Source of the DNA: Bacillota bacterium
GTDB taxonomy: Bacteria > Bacillota > Limnochordia > DTU087
Direction: 5' to 3'
Length of the DNA stretch: 64,000 nt
Assembly (NCBI GenBank): GCA_012519025.1
Contig: JAAYQZ010000052.1
Location: 341-64,340, forward strand
Positions 49,393-58,182 of this stretch are shown here, in pieces. The notes under the pieces are model-generated. The model did no database searches and was not told where the DNA came from. It was given only the letters and a program-made list of their open reading frames with translations. Position numbers and translations under genes: made by a program. Each line of letters begins with the position of its first letter. Within the stretch, counting starts at the first letter, position 1.

Positions 49393-50528
49393 AAATTACT
49401 TTTCCCCATATGGGGACTGCATATATTCCTTTCCGAGCTTTGATTCAAGGCGTGGGCTATCATGCGGTAGTGCCGCCTCGGTGTACCCAAAAGACTCTTG
49501 CTTTAGGGACAAGACATGCACCTGAATCTGCTTGCCTACCTTTAAAAATCAATATCGGCAATTATCTGGAAGCCCAACAACAGGGCGCTGAAGGGATCTT
49601 AATGGCTGGGGGAATCGGACCCTGCCGGTTTGGATTTTACGGGACTGTGCAAAAGGAAATCCTGCAGGATATTGGTATTGCTTTGGAGATGCTCATCATC
49701 GAGCCGCCCCAACAAGGTTGGTCGGCATTCATCAACCAATTAAGCTATTTGACACGCAAGGTTACAAAAGGTGAGATTGCCCAAACACTGGCATTGACTT
49801 GGGCAAAATTTACGGCCTGTGATCGACTTGAAAAGGAAAGCCTTAAAACCAGAGCCTATGAAGCAACTCTTGGTGATACCTCACGAGTTCTGCACCACAG
49901 TCTTGAACTAGTTGATCAAGCCAGTTCCCTACAAATGGTCCGTCAGGCGGTAAGAACGGGTTTGACCTCATTCAAAGCTGTCGCAAAAGACTTAGACCGT
50001 GAAGTCTTGACTGTCGGTGTCGTTGGGGAGATTTACACCTTGCTTGAGCCCTTTGCCAATTTCTATCTCGAGGAGCGCCTGGGTGAGCTGGGGGTGATCG
50101 TTCAACGCCAAGTTTGGTTTAGTGAATGGATTTTGCACCACATCGTCCTGTCCGCCTTTAAGAAAAGGCGCAACGGCAACTTGCTTCGTTTGGCAAAACC
50201 CTATTTAACCCATTTTGTAGGAGGACACGGTCTTGAAACTGTGGCCCATACTGCGGCTATGGCTAAAACCGGGGCTGATGGCATCATCCACATCTTGCCT
50301 TTTACCTGCATGCCTGAAATAGTGGCACAAAGTATACTGCCGGAAGTTAGTCGGGACTACCAGATACCCGTGTTGACACTAGTTGTTGATGAACACTCGG
50401 CAGAAGCCGGGATTCACACTCGGCTGGAGGCTTTTGTTGATTTACTGCACAACCACAAAAGGGCTTTCCAAAAAGCCAGTAAAGGTGTCGAAACATTTGG
50501 AAAAAAGGAGATGTACCCCATTGCCTGA
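49389..50528 (+). CDS. 2-hydroxyacyl-CoA dehydratase-like / CoA-protein activase subunit
   Basis: ITFPHMG, ACLPLK, GPCRFGFY, VGEIY, PFTCMPE and DEHSAEAG..TRLEAF motifs. Confidence 0.8.
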   Translation: MKITFPHMGTAYIPFRALIQGVGYHAVVPPRCTQKTLALGTRHAPESACLPLKINIGNYLEAQQQGAEGILMAGGIGPCRFGFYGTVQKEILQDIGIALEMLIIEPPQQGWSAFINQLSYLTRKVTKGEIAQTLALTWAKFTACDRLEKESLKTRAYEATLGDTSRVLHHSLELVDQASSLQMVRQAVRTGLTSFKAVAKDLDREVLTVGVVGEIYTLLEPFANFYLEERLGELGVIVQRQVWFSEWILHHIVLSAFKKRRNGNLLRLAKPYLTHFVGGHGLETVAHTAAMAKTGADGIIHILPFTCMPEIVAQSILPEVSRDYQIPVLTLVVDEHSAEAGIHTRLEAFVDLLHNHKRAFQKASKGVETFGKKEMYPIA

Positions 50529-51525
50529 TCAAGAAAGCCTGTGTTTGGGCATCGATGTCGGTTCAGTCAGCACAAATTTGGTTTTAATCGATGATCATCA
50601 CAACATTGTGTATAAGAAATATCTGCGCACACAAGGGCAGCCTATTCCTGTAGTGCAGGAAGGACTGGCATCTATTGAAAAAACCTACCCGAAAATGAAA
50701 ATCCAAGCAGTCGGGACTACAGGCAGTGGCCGACAGTTGGCCGGTGCCATAGTTGGGGCCGATGTCGTAAAAAATGAGATCACAGCCCACGCTGTCGCTG
50801 CATGCTGCTTTCAACCGGATGTCCAGACTGTGATTGAAATCGGAGGACAGGATTCGAAAATCATAATCCTGCGGGAAGGTGTTGTAACAGATTTTGCTAT
50901 GAACACTGTCTGCGCCGCCGGCACCGGCTCCTTTTTAGACCAGCAGGCAGCTAGGTTGGGAATACCTATAGAAGACTTTGGGGAGATTGCCTTGCGCTCC
51001 CAAAACACTGTGCGCATTGCCGGTCGCTGCACAGTCTTCGCCGAGTCAGATATGATCCACAAGCAGCAGGTGGGGCACAGTATGGCCGACATTTTAGCCG
51101 GTTTGTGCGGAGCTATGGTGCGCAATTATATGAACAATGTTGGGAAGGGTAAACAGATTCGTCCACCAGTGCTTTTTCAAGGCGGTGTAGCTGCCAATCT
51201 CGGCATGCGCAAGGCCCTGGAAGAGGAACTTAACTGCCCTGTTGTGGTGCCGCCGGCCTTCGATGTCATGGGTGCACTTGGTGCGGCATTAATAGCTAAA
51301 GAACAGGTGGAATACTCAAACCAACTCACCCGTTTTAGAGGATTTGGCGTCAGCGAAAGAAGCTTTCAAGTAGACACCTTTATCTGCTCCCATTGTGCTA
51401 ACCATTGCGAGATTGTCAACATATCTATAGAACAGGAACTTGTGGCACGCTGGGGAGCCCGCTGCGGTCGATGGAACGTAAAAGAGAAAAACTCCAAATA
51501 TCCCCACAGTGACAGCGCTTCTTAA
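50521..51525 (+). CDS. HgdC-type ATP-dependent [4Fe-4S] activator
   Basis: GIDVGS, NEITAH, EIGGQDSK, MNTVCAAGTGSFL, RCTVFAESD and C-terminal CxxCxxxC; TTG 50521 after AAGGAG. Confidence 0.88.
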   Translation: MPDQESLCLGIDVGSVSTNLVLIDDHHNIVYKKYLRTQGQPIPVVQEGLASIEKTYPKMKIQAVGTTGSGRQLAGAIVGADVVKNEITAHAVAACCFQPDVQTVIEIGGQDSKIIILREGVVTDFAMNTVCAAGTGSFLDQQAARLGIPIEDFGEIALRSQNTVRIAGRCTVFAESDMIHKQQVGHSMADILAGLCGAMVRNYMNNVGKGKQIRPPVLFQGGVAANLGMRKALEEELNCPVVVPPAFDVMGALGAALIAKEQVEYSNQLTRFRGFGVSERSFQVDTFICSHCANHCEIVNISIEQELVARWGARCGRWNVKEKNSKYPHSDSAS

Positions 51526-51563
51526 GCTGAACAAAAGCGCCGTTTGTTCGCTCCCCACTTTCA

Positions 51564-51592
51564 TTGACCCCCTATTGGGTCTGTGCTATGAT
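51564..51592 (+). promoter_or_regulatory. sigmaA promoter of lysA
   Basis: TTGACC-17nt-TATGAT with TG extension. Confidence 0.7.
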
Positions 51593-51643
51593 AAAATGTA
51601 ATTGGAATAAAGTCATAGCTGTTAAGCAGCAGGGGGCAAAGTC

Positions 51644-52981
51644 ATGTTCATGGGAACGATGTCTGTAGATGATAAAAATCATTTAACAATTGGTGGCTGT
51701 GATACAGTTGCATTAGCCCACCGCTATGGAACCCCTCTTTATGTTTTAGATGAGCATTTTCTTCGCCAAAAAGCCCGGACATATCGCACAATTTTCAATG
51801 ACCTCATTCCCGGCAGTAAAGTCCTTTACGCCGGGAAGGCTTTGTTGAATTCTGCTGTATGTCGGATTATGGCAGAGGAAGGTCTAGGACTGGATGTTGT
51901 ATCAGGGGGGGAACTTTATACCGCCTTAACTGCCGATTTTCCCCGTGAACAAATTTATTTCCACGGAAACAACAAATCTTCCGCTGAATTGAAAATGGCC
52001 TTGGAGCGCGGTATAGGCCGGATCGTTGTAGATAACATTTGGGAGCTAAAGACATTGGGGGAGCTTGCCGCCCGTCGGGGGGTAAATGTTTCGATCCTTA
52101 TCCGACTTACCCCAGGAGTTGAGCCCAACACCCATTCCTATGTCCGAACCGGACAATTTGATTCAAAATTCGGGTTGCCTATTAATGCCGACACGACCAT
52201 GGATGCCATTAGGCAAGCAGTGGATATGCCCGGTATTGATCTTAAAGGTTTCCACTGCCACATTGGCTCTCAGATTATGGAGCTTGACGCTTACCAAAAA
52301 ACTGTGAGGCTTATGATCGAGTTTTTGGCACGGCTTAAAAGGGGGCTGGGTTTGACAGTCGAAGAATTGGATTTAGGGGGCGGCCTTGGTATTACCTATC
52401 TGCCTGATGAAAAGTCGCCAAGCCTGTTGGATTACGCCCAGGCGATCAGCAGTGCCCTTACCACCAGCTGTCAAAAACATAGATTGGCAATGCCCCAAAT
52501 TGCCGTGGAACCGGGGCGCTCCATTGTGGGAGAAGCCGGAATTACGCTTTATACCATTGGTGCAGTTAAGGAAGTTCCCGGTGTGAGAAAATACGTCGCT
52601 GTCGATGGAGGTATGGCAGATAATCCGCGGGTTGCTATGTATGGTGCCAAATATACGGGGTGCTTGGCCAATAGAGTGCTTGATGATGCCGAAGAATTGG
52701 TCACTATTGCCGGTAAATGCTGTGAATCCGGCGATATTTTGATTAGGGATATTTCACTGCCCACTGTGCGGACGGGAGATATATTGGCTGTATATGCAAC
52801 CGGAGCCTACAATTACTCTATGGCCAGCAATTACAATCGTTTACCAAGACCTGCCATGGTTTTAGTGTGGCAGGGGAAAAGTGATATTATTGTTGAACGG
52901 GAAACATATGATGACCTGGTTCGCTTAGATCGGATACCTCAAAGGTTGACCGAGGCCAAGGCGGCTGTGGTCAAGGGGTAA
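51644..52981 (+). CDS. lysA: Diaminopimelate decarboxylase
   Basis: YAGKA, HGNNK, HCHIGSQ, EPGRS, CCESGD and GAYNYSMASNYN motifs. Confidence 0.96.
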   Translation: MFMGTMSVDDKNHLTIGGCDTVALAHRYGTPLYVLDEHFLRQKARTYRTIFNDLIPGSKVLYAGKALLNSAVCRIMAEEGLGLDVVSGGELYTALTADFPREQIYFHGNNKSSAELKMALERGIGRIVVDNIWELKTLGELAARRGVNVSILIRLTPGVEPNTHSYVRTGQFDSKFGLPINADTTMDAIRQAVDMPGIDLKGFHCHIGSQIMELDAYQKTVRLMIEFLARLKRGLGLTVEELDLGGGLGITYLPDEKSPSLLDYAQAISSALTTSCQKHRLAMPQIAVEPGRSIVGEAGITLYTIGAVKEVPGVRKYVAVDGGMADNPRVAMYGAKYTGCLANRVLDDAEELVTIAGKCCESGDILIRDISLPTVRTGDILAVYATGAYNYSMASNYNRLPRPAMVLVWQGKSDIIVERETYDDLVRLDRIPQRLTEAKAAVVKG

Positions 52982-52996
52982 AGGGGGACTATAATC

Positions 52997-53614
52997 TTGA
53001 ATATCCAAAGTCTTATTTTACTGGTACCGGCCTTGCTCTATGCGATATCGGTGCATGAATTCGCCCACGGCTTTATAGCCTATAAACTGGGCGATCCAAC
53101 TCCCAGGTACCAAGGAAGACTTACCCTCGATCCCCGGGCCCACATAGACCCCATGGGGGCTTTGATGCTTCTTTTGTTTCGTTTCGGTTGGGCCAAACCT
53201 GTGCAGGTAAACCCGCTGTATTTTAAAAACCAAAAACAAGGTATGGCATTAGTGGCTTTGGCCGGTCCTTTGGCGAATTTCATTTCAGCATACGGGTTTC
53301 TTTTAATGATCAGCATTTTGCCACCGCTGTTTCCACCGAACGTCAGTGTCGTGCTTTACCAATTTTTGATTCTCAACGTTCAATTGAACCTCGGGTTAGC
53401 AGCATTCAACTTTCTGCCGATCCCGCCTTTAGACGGATCGAAAATCGTCGCTTGGCTGGTTCCCTCCAAATATCAATTTTCTTGGCGGCGCTTGGAAATG
53501 TACGGGCCATTGATTTTACTTATACTTTTAATTACCGGCATGGTTGGCCGCCTGATCGGCCCGATATTATCGGTACTGCAGCGTCTACTTTTTAGCTTGC
53601 CCAACTTCCGATGA
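52997..53614 (+). CDS. Site-2 protease (M50)
   Basis: HEFAH, AGP.AN and FNFLPIPPLDG motifs. Confidence 0.92.
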   Translation: MNIQSLILLVPALLYAISVHEFAHGFIAYKLGDPTPRYQGRLTLDPRAHIDPMGALMLLLFRFGWAKPVQVNPLYFKNQKQGMALVALAGPLANFISAYGFLLMISILPPLFPPNVSVVLYQFLILNVQLNLGLAAFNFLPIPPLDGSKIVAWLVPSKYQFSWRRLEMYGPLILLILLITGMVGRLIGPILSVLQRLLFSLPNFR

Positions 53615-53662
53615 AGATTGTCAGATGAATTTGTGCCACCAGGTTTATAGAAGGCGGAAGAT

Positions 53663-54409
53663 ATGGATTACCAGGTACAGCTGGATGTCTTTGAAGGTCC
53701 CCTTGATTTGCTTCTGCATTTAATCGGACAAGAGAAACTGGATATCCACGATATAGAAATTGCTGTCATAACTCAGCAGTACCTAGATTATCTGGCGACA
53801 ATGCAGGAGTTTGATCTAGAGATTACTGGAGATTTTTTGGTAATGGCAGCAACTTTGCTCCAACTTAAGGCGGATGCTTTGCTTCCCATGCCCGGAAAGC
53901 AGTCAGAAGACGATGAGGAAGATGCGATTTACAGCCGAGAGGATTTGGTACGCCGGCTCCTTATTTTGAGCCAATACAAAGATGCAGCCGGTTGGTTAAA
54001 TCGGCAGGCGAAAGCTAGTGGCCTCTCTTGGACGCGGCCGTTTTCCACCTTGGGCCCACCGGGTCCTAATCTTTATGAAAACCCCATTGGCAAAGCGACT
54101 GTTTTGAATTTGGCTTTGGCCCTTCGTGAGGCATTGACCAGCAAAAGGGAAAGGGAACAAATCCATGAAATTCAGGCAAAAGAGGTAAACATTGAGGTTA
54201 AGATCGACCAAATCATATCGCTTATTCAAAGACGTTCCCAAGCCACTTTCCACAGCCTTTTAGGCAGTGCACCTACCCGCACGGAAGTTATAGTCATTTT
54301 TTTGGCCGTATTAGAGCTGGCCCGTTTAGGAAAAGTCCAAGTCGAACAAAAGGTGCTTCTTGGACCCATTGCGATCAAGGCAACAAAATTCCTTGAAAAG
54401 TCTGTGTAG
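53663..54409 (+). CDS. scpA: Segregation and condensation protein A
   Basis: FEGPLDLLLHLI, FLVMAATL and FLAVLEL motifs. Confidence 0.96.
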   Translation: MDYQVQLDVFEGPLDLLLHLIGQEKLDIHDIEIAVITQQYLDYLATMQEFDLEITGDFLVMAATLLQLKADALLPMPGKQSEDDEEDAIYSREDLVRRLLILSQYKDAAGWLNRQAKASGLSWTRPFSTLGPPGPNLYENPIGKATVLNLALALREALTSKREREQIHEIQAKEVNIEVKIDQIISLIQRRSQATFHSLLGSAPTRTEVIVIFLAVLELARLGKVQVEQKVLLGPIAIKATKFLEKSV

Positions 54410-54420
54410 GAGGCCAAAAT

Positions 54421-54951
54421 GTGAGCACGGAAAAAGCTAAAGCTGTCCTGGAAGCCATTATGTTTGCCCACGGGGAGCCTGTTCCTTTGGAAAACCTGGC
54501 AGATGCAGTTGGCCGGACTTCGGAAAATACTAAGCTTTTGCTGGCAGAAATGGCTCGCAGGTTTCAGGATGCCGGGCACGGTATTGAATTGAGATTTATT
54601 GCCGGAGGATACCAATTGGCCACAAAATCTGAGTTGGCTCCGTTCCTTGAAAGCTTCAAAAGGCCTAAAGTAAGCCAGGGGTTATCCCAAGCAGCATTGG
54701 AAACCCTGGCAATTATAGCTTACCAACAGCCGGTAACTAAAGTCCACCTTGAAGACATCCGAGGAGTCAATGCCGATTCGGCAGTAAACACACTTCTTGA
54801 AAGAGGCCTTATAGAGGAATTGGGTAGAGCAGACGGGCCGGGCAGACCGATTTTGTTTGGCACAACTGAGATATTTCTAAAGCATTTTGGTTTGGCCGCT
54901 TTAAGTGACTTACCGAGGTTGCCGGACAGGCAAATACCATTTTCAAAGTAG
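54421..54951 (+). CDS. scpB: Segregation and condensation protein B
   Basis: LSQAALETLAIIAYQQP, IRGV and GRP.L.GTT..FL..FGL motifs. Confidence 0.96.
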   Translation: MSTEKAKAVLEAIMFAHGEPVPLENLADAVGRTSENTKLLLAEMARRFQDAGHGIELRFIAGGYQLATKSELAPFLESFKRPKVSQGLSQAALETLAIIAYQQPVTKVHLEDIRGVNADSAVNTLLERGLIEELGRADGPGRPILFGTTEIFLKHFGLAALSDLPRLPDRQIPFSK

Positions 54952-54984
54952 TAGATTCTGGATAGGCAGTGCAAACTAGAATCG

Positions 54985-55632
54985 GTGATGACCATGTGGC
55001 AGTGCGTTTTTTGGGGTCTAGTAATTCTACTGCTGACAATACCTTTTGTGCCCTGGCGGGTGGCAATACATTATCGGGTTGGACAAAGAAGCGATCTCAA
55101 TCTGCGGATTACTTGGTTGGGATTTGATATGGTGGGTACAGCTGAACAGTTCATGCATTACAGCCGCCGATTGGTGGAACGTATATTTAGATCGTGGGGC
55201 AAAATCCCCACGACAAAGGAGATAAATGTAAACAGTGTCCTCGAGGACACGGATTGGTCTCAACTTATGGCATCTTGGCGTGTTTTCAACCGATACTTTG
55301 GGGCATTTGTAAACCCCCTGCTTAAAAGTGTTAGAAATTTAAATTGGTACATAAAACTGGGTTTTGCCGACCCTGCTTTGACTGCCTTGACGGTTGGAAG
55401 TCTGCAGGGTTTGGGGGCGTTTGCGGAGGCACATCTGCAAAAAAAACTTGCGTTGGCAGCTTCCTGCTTGAACTGGGCAATAGCACCCAATTTTGAAGGT
55501 GTCAACCAACTAGACCTACAGCTAGACTGCATACTGATGCTTAATCCGGGCTATATTATGGTTGCCGGCAGTTTTGATCTTTTGCGCTCTGTGCTCCGGA
55601 AAGGAGTGGATGTTGTTGGTCCAAGATCCTAA
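54985..55632 (+). CDS. YtfI-like (DUF2953) protein
   Basis: N-terminal TM, G..DPALTA..G and PNF motifs; directly upstream of ytfJ. Confidence 0.65.
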   Translation: MMTMWQCVFWGLVILLLTIPFVPWRVAIHYRVGQRSDLNLRITWLGFDMVGTAEQFMHYSRRLVERIFRSWGKIPTTKEINVNSVLEDTDWSQLMASWRVFNRYFGAFVNPLLKSVRNLNWYIKLGFADPALTALTVGSLQGLGAFAEAHLQKKLALAASCLNWAIAPNFEGVNQLDLQLDCILMLNPGYIMVAGSFDLLRSVLRKGVDVVGPRS

Positions 55633-56095
55633 TCATCCCATTGAAGGTTTGATGCATACAATTATGGACAGCCTTAGTGAAATGGTTGATGTAAACACTA
55701 TTTTAGGGGAGCCTGTAGAAACGCCGGATGGCGCGGTAGTTCTGCCCGTATCACGGGTCTCTTTCGGTTTTGTTGCCGGAGGAACAGATCAGCCATTTCT
55801 CGACGAAGAAACGTCTAAAGCTACACATAAGGATTCACAATCGGGCGATGCCAAGACAGCCAACCGTCCTTTTGGCGGCGGCAGTGGTGCCGGAATGAGT
55901 ATAAACCCTGTAGCATTTCTCGTAGTTCGACAAAATGAGGTTCGCCTGATGTCTGTGGGCGGCAATCTGATCTATGATCGATTGCTGGATCTGGCCCCCA
56001 AATTGGTAGATCAAGTCCAAGGCATTTTAAACCAAAAGCAATACAGCGAAAAGCCTGCATGGGCCTACAACGGAGGTCAAAACAACCCCTCATGA
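55613..56095 (+). CDS. ytfJ: Sporulation protein YtfJ/GerW
   Basis: HPIEGLM, MVDVNTI.GEP, PVSRVSFGF and FGGGSGAG...PVAFLV motifs. Confidence 0.92.
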   Translation: MLVQDPNHPIEGLMHTIMDSLSEMVDVNTILGEPVETPDGAVVLPVSRVSFGFVAGGTDQPFLDEETSKATHKDSQSGDAKTANRPFGGGSGAGMSINPVAFLVVRQNEVRLMSVGGNLIYDRLLDLAPKLVDQVQGILNQKQYSEKPAWAYNGGQNNPS

Positions 56096-57237
56096 AGTAC
56101 GGCCGCCTAAGTTTTAAGTATTTGGTATGCTATGCTGTAATCGCTGTTCTCTTGTTGTCCGGCAGGGGGAAGGCGCAAGGGAGTTTGGCAATTTCGGCTA
56201 GTGCTGCTATTTTGATGGATGGGCCCACAGGTCAGATCTTGTGGGCCAAAAATCCTGATTGGCAAAGACCCATGGCAAGCTTGACAAAAATTATGACTGC
56301 TGCGTTGGTTTTAGAACGCTGTGATCTGAATGATTCAGTAACTGTTAGTTTAAACGCGGCACGCACAGAAGGTTCTTCCATGTATGTCAGAGCAGGGCAA
56401 ACTTACCGAGTTGAAGATCTGCTCCACGGCCTAATGCTTGTTTCCGGCAATGACTGCGCCGCCGCCTTGGCAGAATACGCCGGCGATAGCCAAGAAGCAT
56501 TTGTCAACTGGATGAATCGAAAGGCAAAGCTCTTGGGTGCCGAAAACACGCGTTTTGCAAATCCCCATGGGCTGCCTGCCCCGGATCACTATTCCACTGC
56601 TTCAGATCTGGCCTTGATCGCCAGATATGCCTTGGCCAACCCAAAATTTGCTGAAATAGTTTCATCTAAACAAGCAACCTATTTTGACCCTGCATCTGAA
56701 AACCCGCGCACAATACAAAACAAGAATCGCATGCTTTGGGACGTAGAAGGGGCTGATGGGGTTAAGACCGGTTATACATTGGCAGCCGGCCGCTGTTTGA
56801 TTGCATCGGCTACACGGGAAGCCCGCCGGGTAATTGCAGTGATATTGGATGGACCAGATATGTGGGAAGATGCCAAGACGCTTCTTGAGTACGGCCTGGA
56901 GGCGTTCTCCACGCGCCTTGTGGGCAGGAAAGGGCAAGAAGTGGGCCGTGCAGCAGTTTTGAAGGGTCTCTCACCCACTACTTCCGCTGTGCTGGGTGAG
57001 GATCTATGGGTCACTTTGCCTATTAAAGCCCAAATTGAACTGGAGTACCTTCAGGGAGCCCCCCCGACCGCACCGATAATTCAATGGGCACCCATTGGGA
57101 TGCTTCAGATCAAACATGCAGGCAGCGTTGTGGCAGCCGCGCCTGTTTTAGCAGGACAGGACATAAAAAGCAGCGGGTTGAAAAACTATGTCAGTCATTT
57201 TCTCAGCAAGGTAAAGGAACTTGTGCGCGCAAACTGA
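56092..57237 (+). CDS. dacB: D-Ala-D-Ala carboxypeptidase (DacB-like)
   Basis: SLTK, SGN and KTG motifs; signal peptide; ATGA overlap with ytfJ. Confidence 0.85.
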   Translation: MKYGRLSFKYLVCYAVIAVLLLSGRGKAQGSLAISASAAILMDGPTGQILWAKNPDWQRPMASLTKIMTAALVLERCDLNDSVTVSLNAARTEGSSMYVRAGQTYRVEDLLHGLMLVSGNDCAAALAEYAGDSQEAFVNWMNRKAKLLGAENTRFANPHGLPAPDHYSTASDLALIARYALANPKFAEIVSSKQATYFDPASENPRTIQNKNRMLWDVEGADGVKTGYTLAAGRCLIASATREARRVIAVILDGPDMWEDAKTLLEYGLEAFSTRLVGRKGQEVGRAAVLKGLSPTTSAVLGEDLWVTLPIKAQIELEYLQGAPPTAPIIQWAPIGMLQIKHAGSVVAAAPVLAGQDIKSSGLKNYVSHFLSKVKELVRAN

Positions 57238-57352
57238 TCTGTAAAGCAGCAAAACATGCATTCCTACCCCGTCTTTTTGGATCCTAAGGAATCCAAGGTG
57301 CACGGGGAATTTAAGTTTGGCAGTGTTTTTCGCAACCGGGGAGTGATTATTT

Positions 57353-58093
57353 TTGAGTAAGATACGACTACAAAAAATCTTGGCTGACGCCGGAATAGCT
57401 TCAAGACGTGCCAGTGAAGAGCTGATAACAGCCGGTCGGGTGGAGGTGAATGGTAAGATAGTGCAAACACCGGGCAGTAAAGCTGATCCGAACAGAGACA
57501 TTATCTCGGTTGACGGTGAGCGCATCCCCGCCCCGAGCCCTAATGAATATTTCCTTCTGCATAAACCGATGGGGGTAGTATCTACATCGAGTGATCCCCA
57601 AGGGCGTCCGACGGTTATGGATTATTTACCGAAAACCAAGGCCAGAATCTATCCCGTCGGCAGGCTTGATATGGACAGTGAGGGATTGGTCTTTTTAACC
57701 AATGACGGGGATATGACACTCATTTTCACCCATCCGCGCTATGAAGTAAAAAAGCGATATCTGGTCGAAGTGACAAATCATCCAACACCCGCAACCATCA
57801 AACGGCTCAAACAAGGTGTTAGACTTGATGACGGCACAACAGCTCCGGCAAAAGTAAAACTTATAAAAAGCCTCGCAAACAGTGCTTTATTGGAATTTGA
57901 AATCCACGAAGGCAAAAATCGACAGATTAGACGAATGTGTGCTGCTTTGGGTCACCAAGTACTTTCTTTGAAACGCTTCCAGATGGGCCCGTTGACACTT
58001 GCTGACCTGGCCTTGGGGGAATGCCGAAAACTCAAACCACCAGAAGCTTTGGAACTCCATGAATTTGTCCGGAAAGTTAAACAGGGTCAATGA
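57353..58093 (+). CDS. rluB: rRNA pseudouridine synthase
   Basis: S4 domain RLQK.LA..G.ASRR, GRLD and EGKNRQIRRM motifs. Confidence 0.9.
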   Translation: MSKIRLQKILADAGIASRRASEELITAGRVEVNGKIVQTPGSKADPNRDIISVDGERIPAPSPNEYFLLHKPMGVVSTSSDPQGRPTVMDYLPKTKARIYPVGRLDMDSEGLVFLTNDGDMTLIFTHPRYEVKKRYLVEVTNHPTPATIKRLKQGVRLDDGTTAPAKVKLIKSLANSALLEFEIHEGKNRQIRRMCAALGHQVLSLKRFQMGPLTLADLALGECRKLKPPEALELHEFVRKVKQGQ

Positions 58094-58105
58094 TGGGCTA
58101 AGGTT

Positions 58106-58134
58106 TTGCAAAGTATTATAGCTTGTGGTAAGAT
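58106..58134 (+). promoter_or_regulatory. sigmaA promoter of the aro operon
   Basis: TTGCAA-17nt-TAAGAT with TG extension. Confidence 0.6.
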
Positions 58135-58182
58135 ATCTCAAAATAGCTGGAGCAATCGGCTGTTCAAGGGAGGTTTTCCGAT

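Noticed and set aside
51526-51643. Lysine riboswitch before lysA
   Set aside because: The leader after the promoter is only about 45 nt, far too short.
58094-58182. T-box or attenuator before the aro operon
   Set aside because: The intergenic region is too short and has no T-box motif or terminator.
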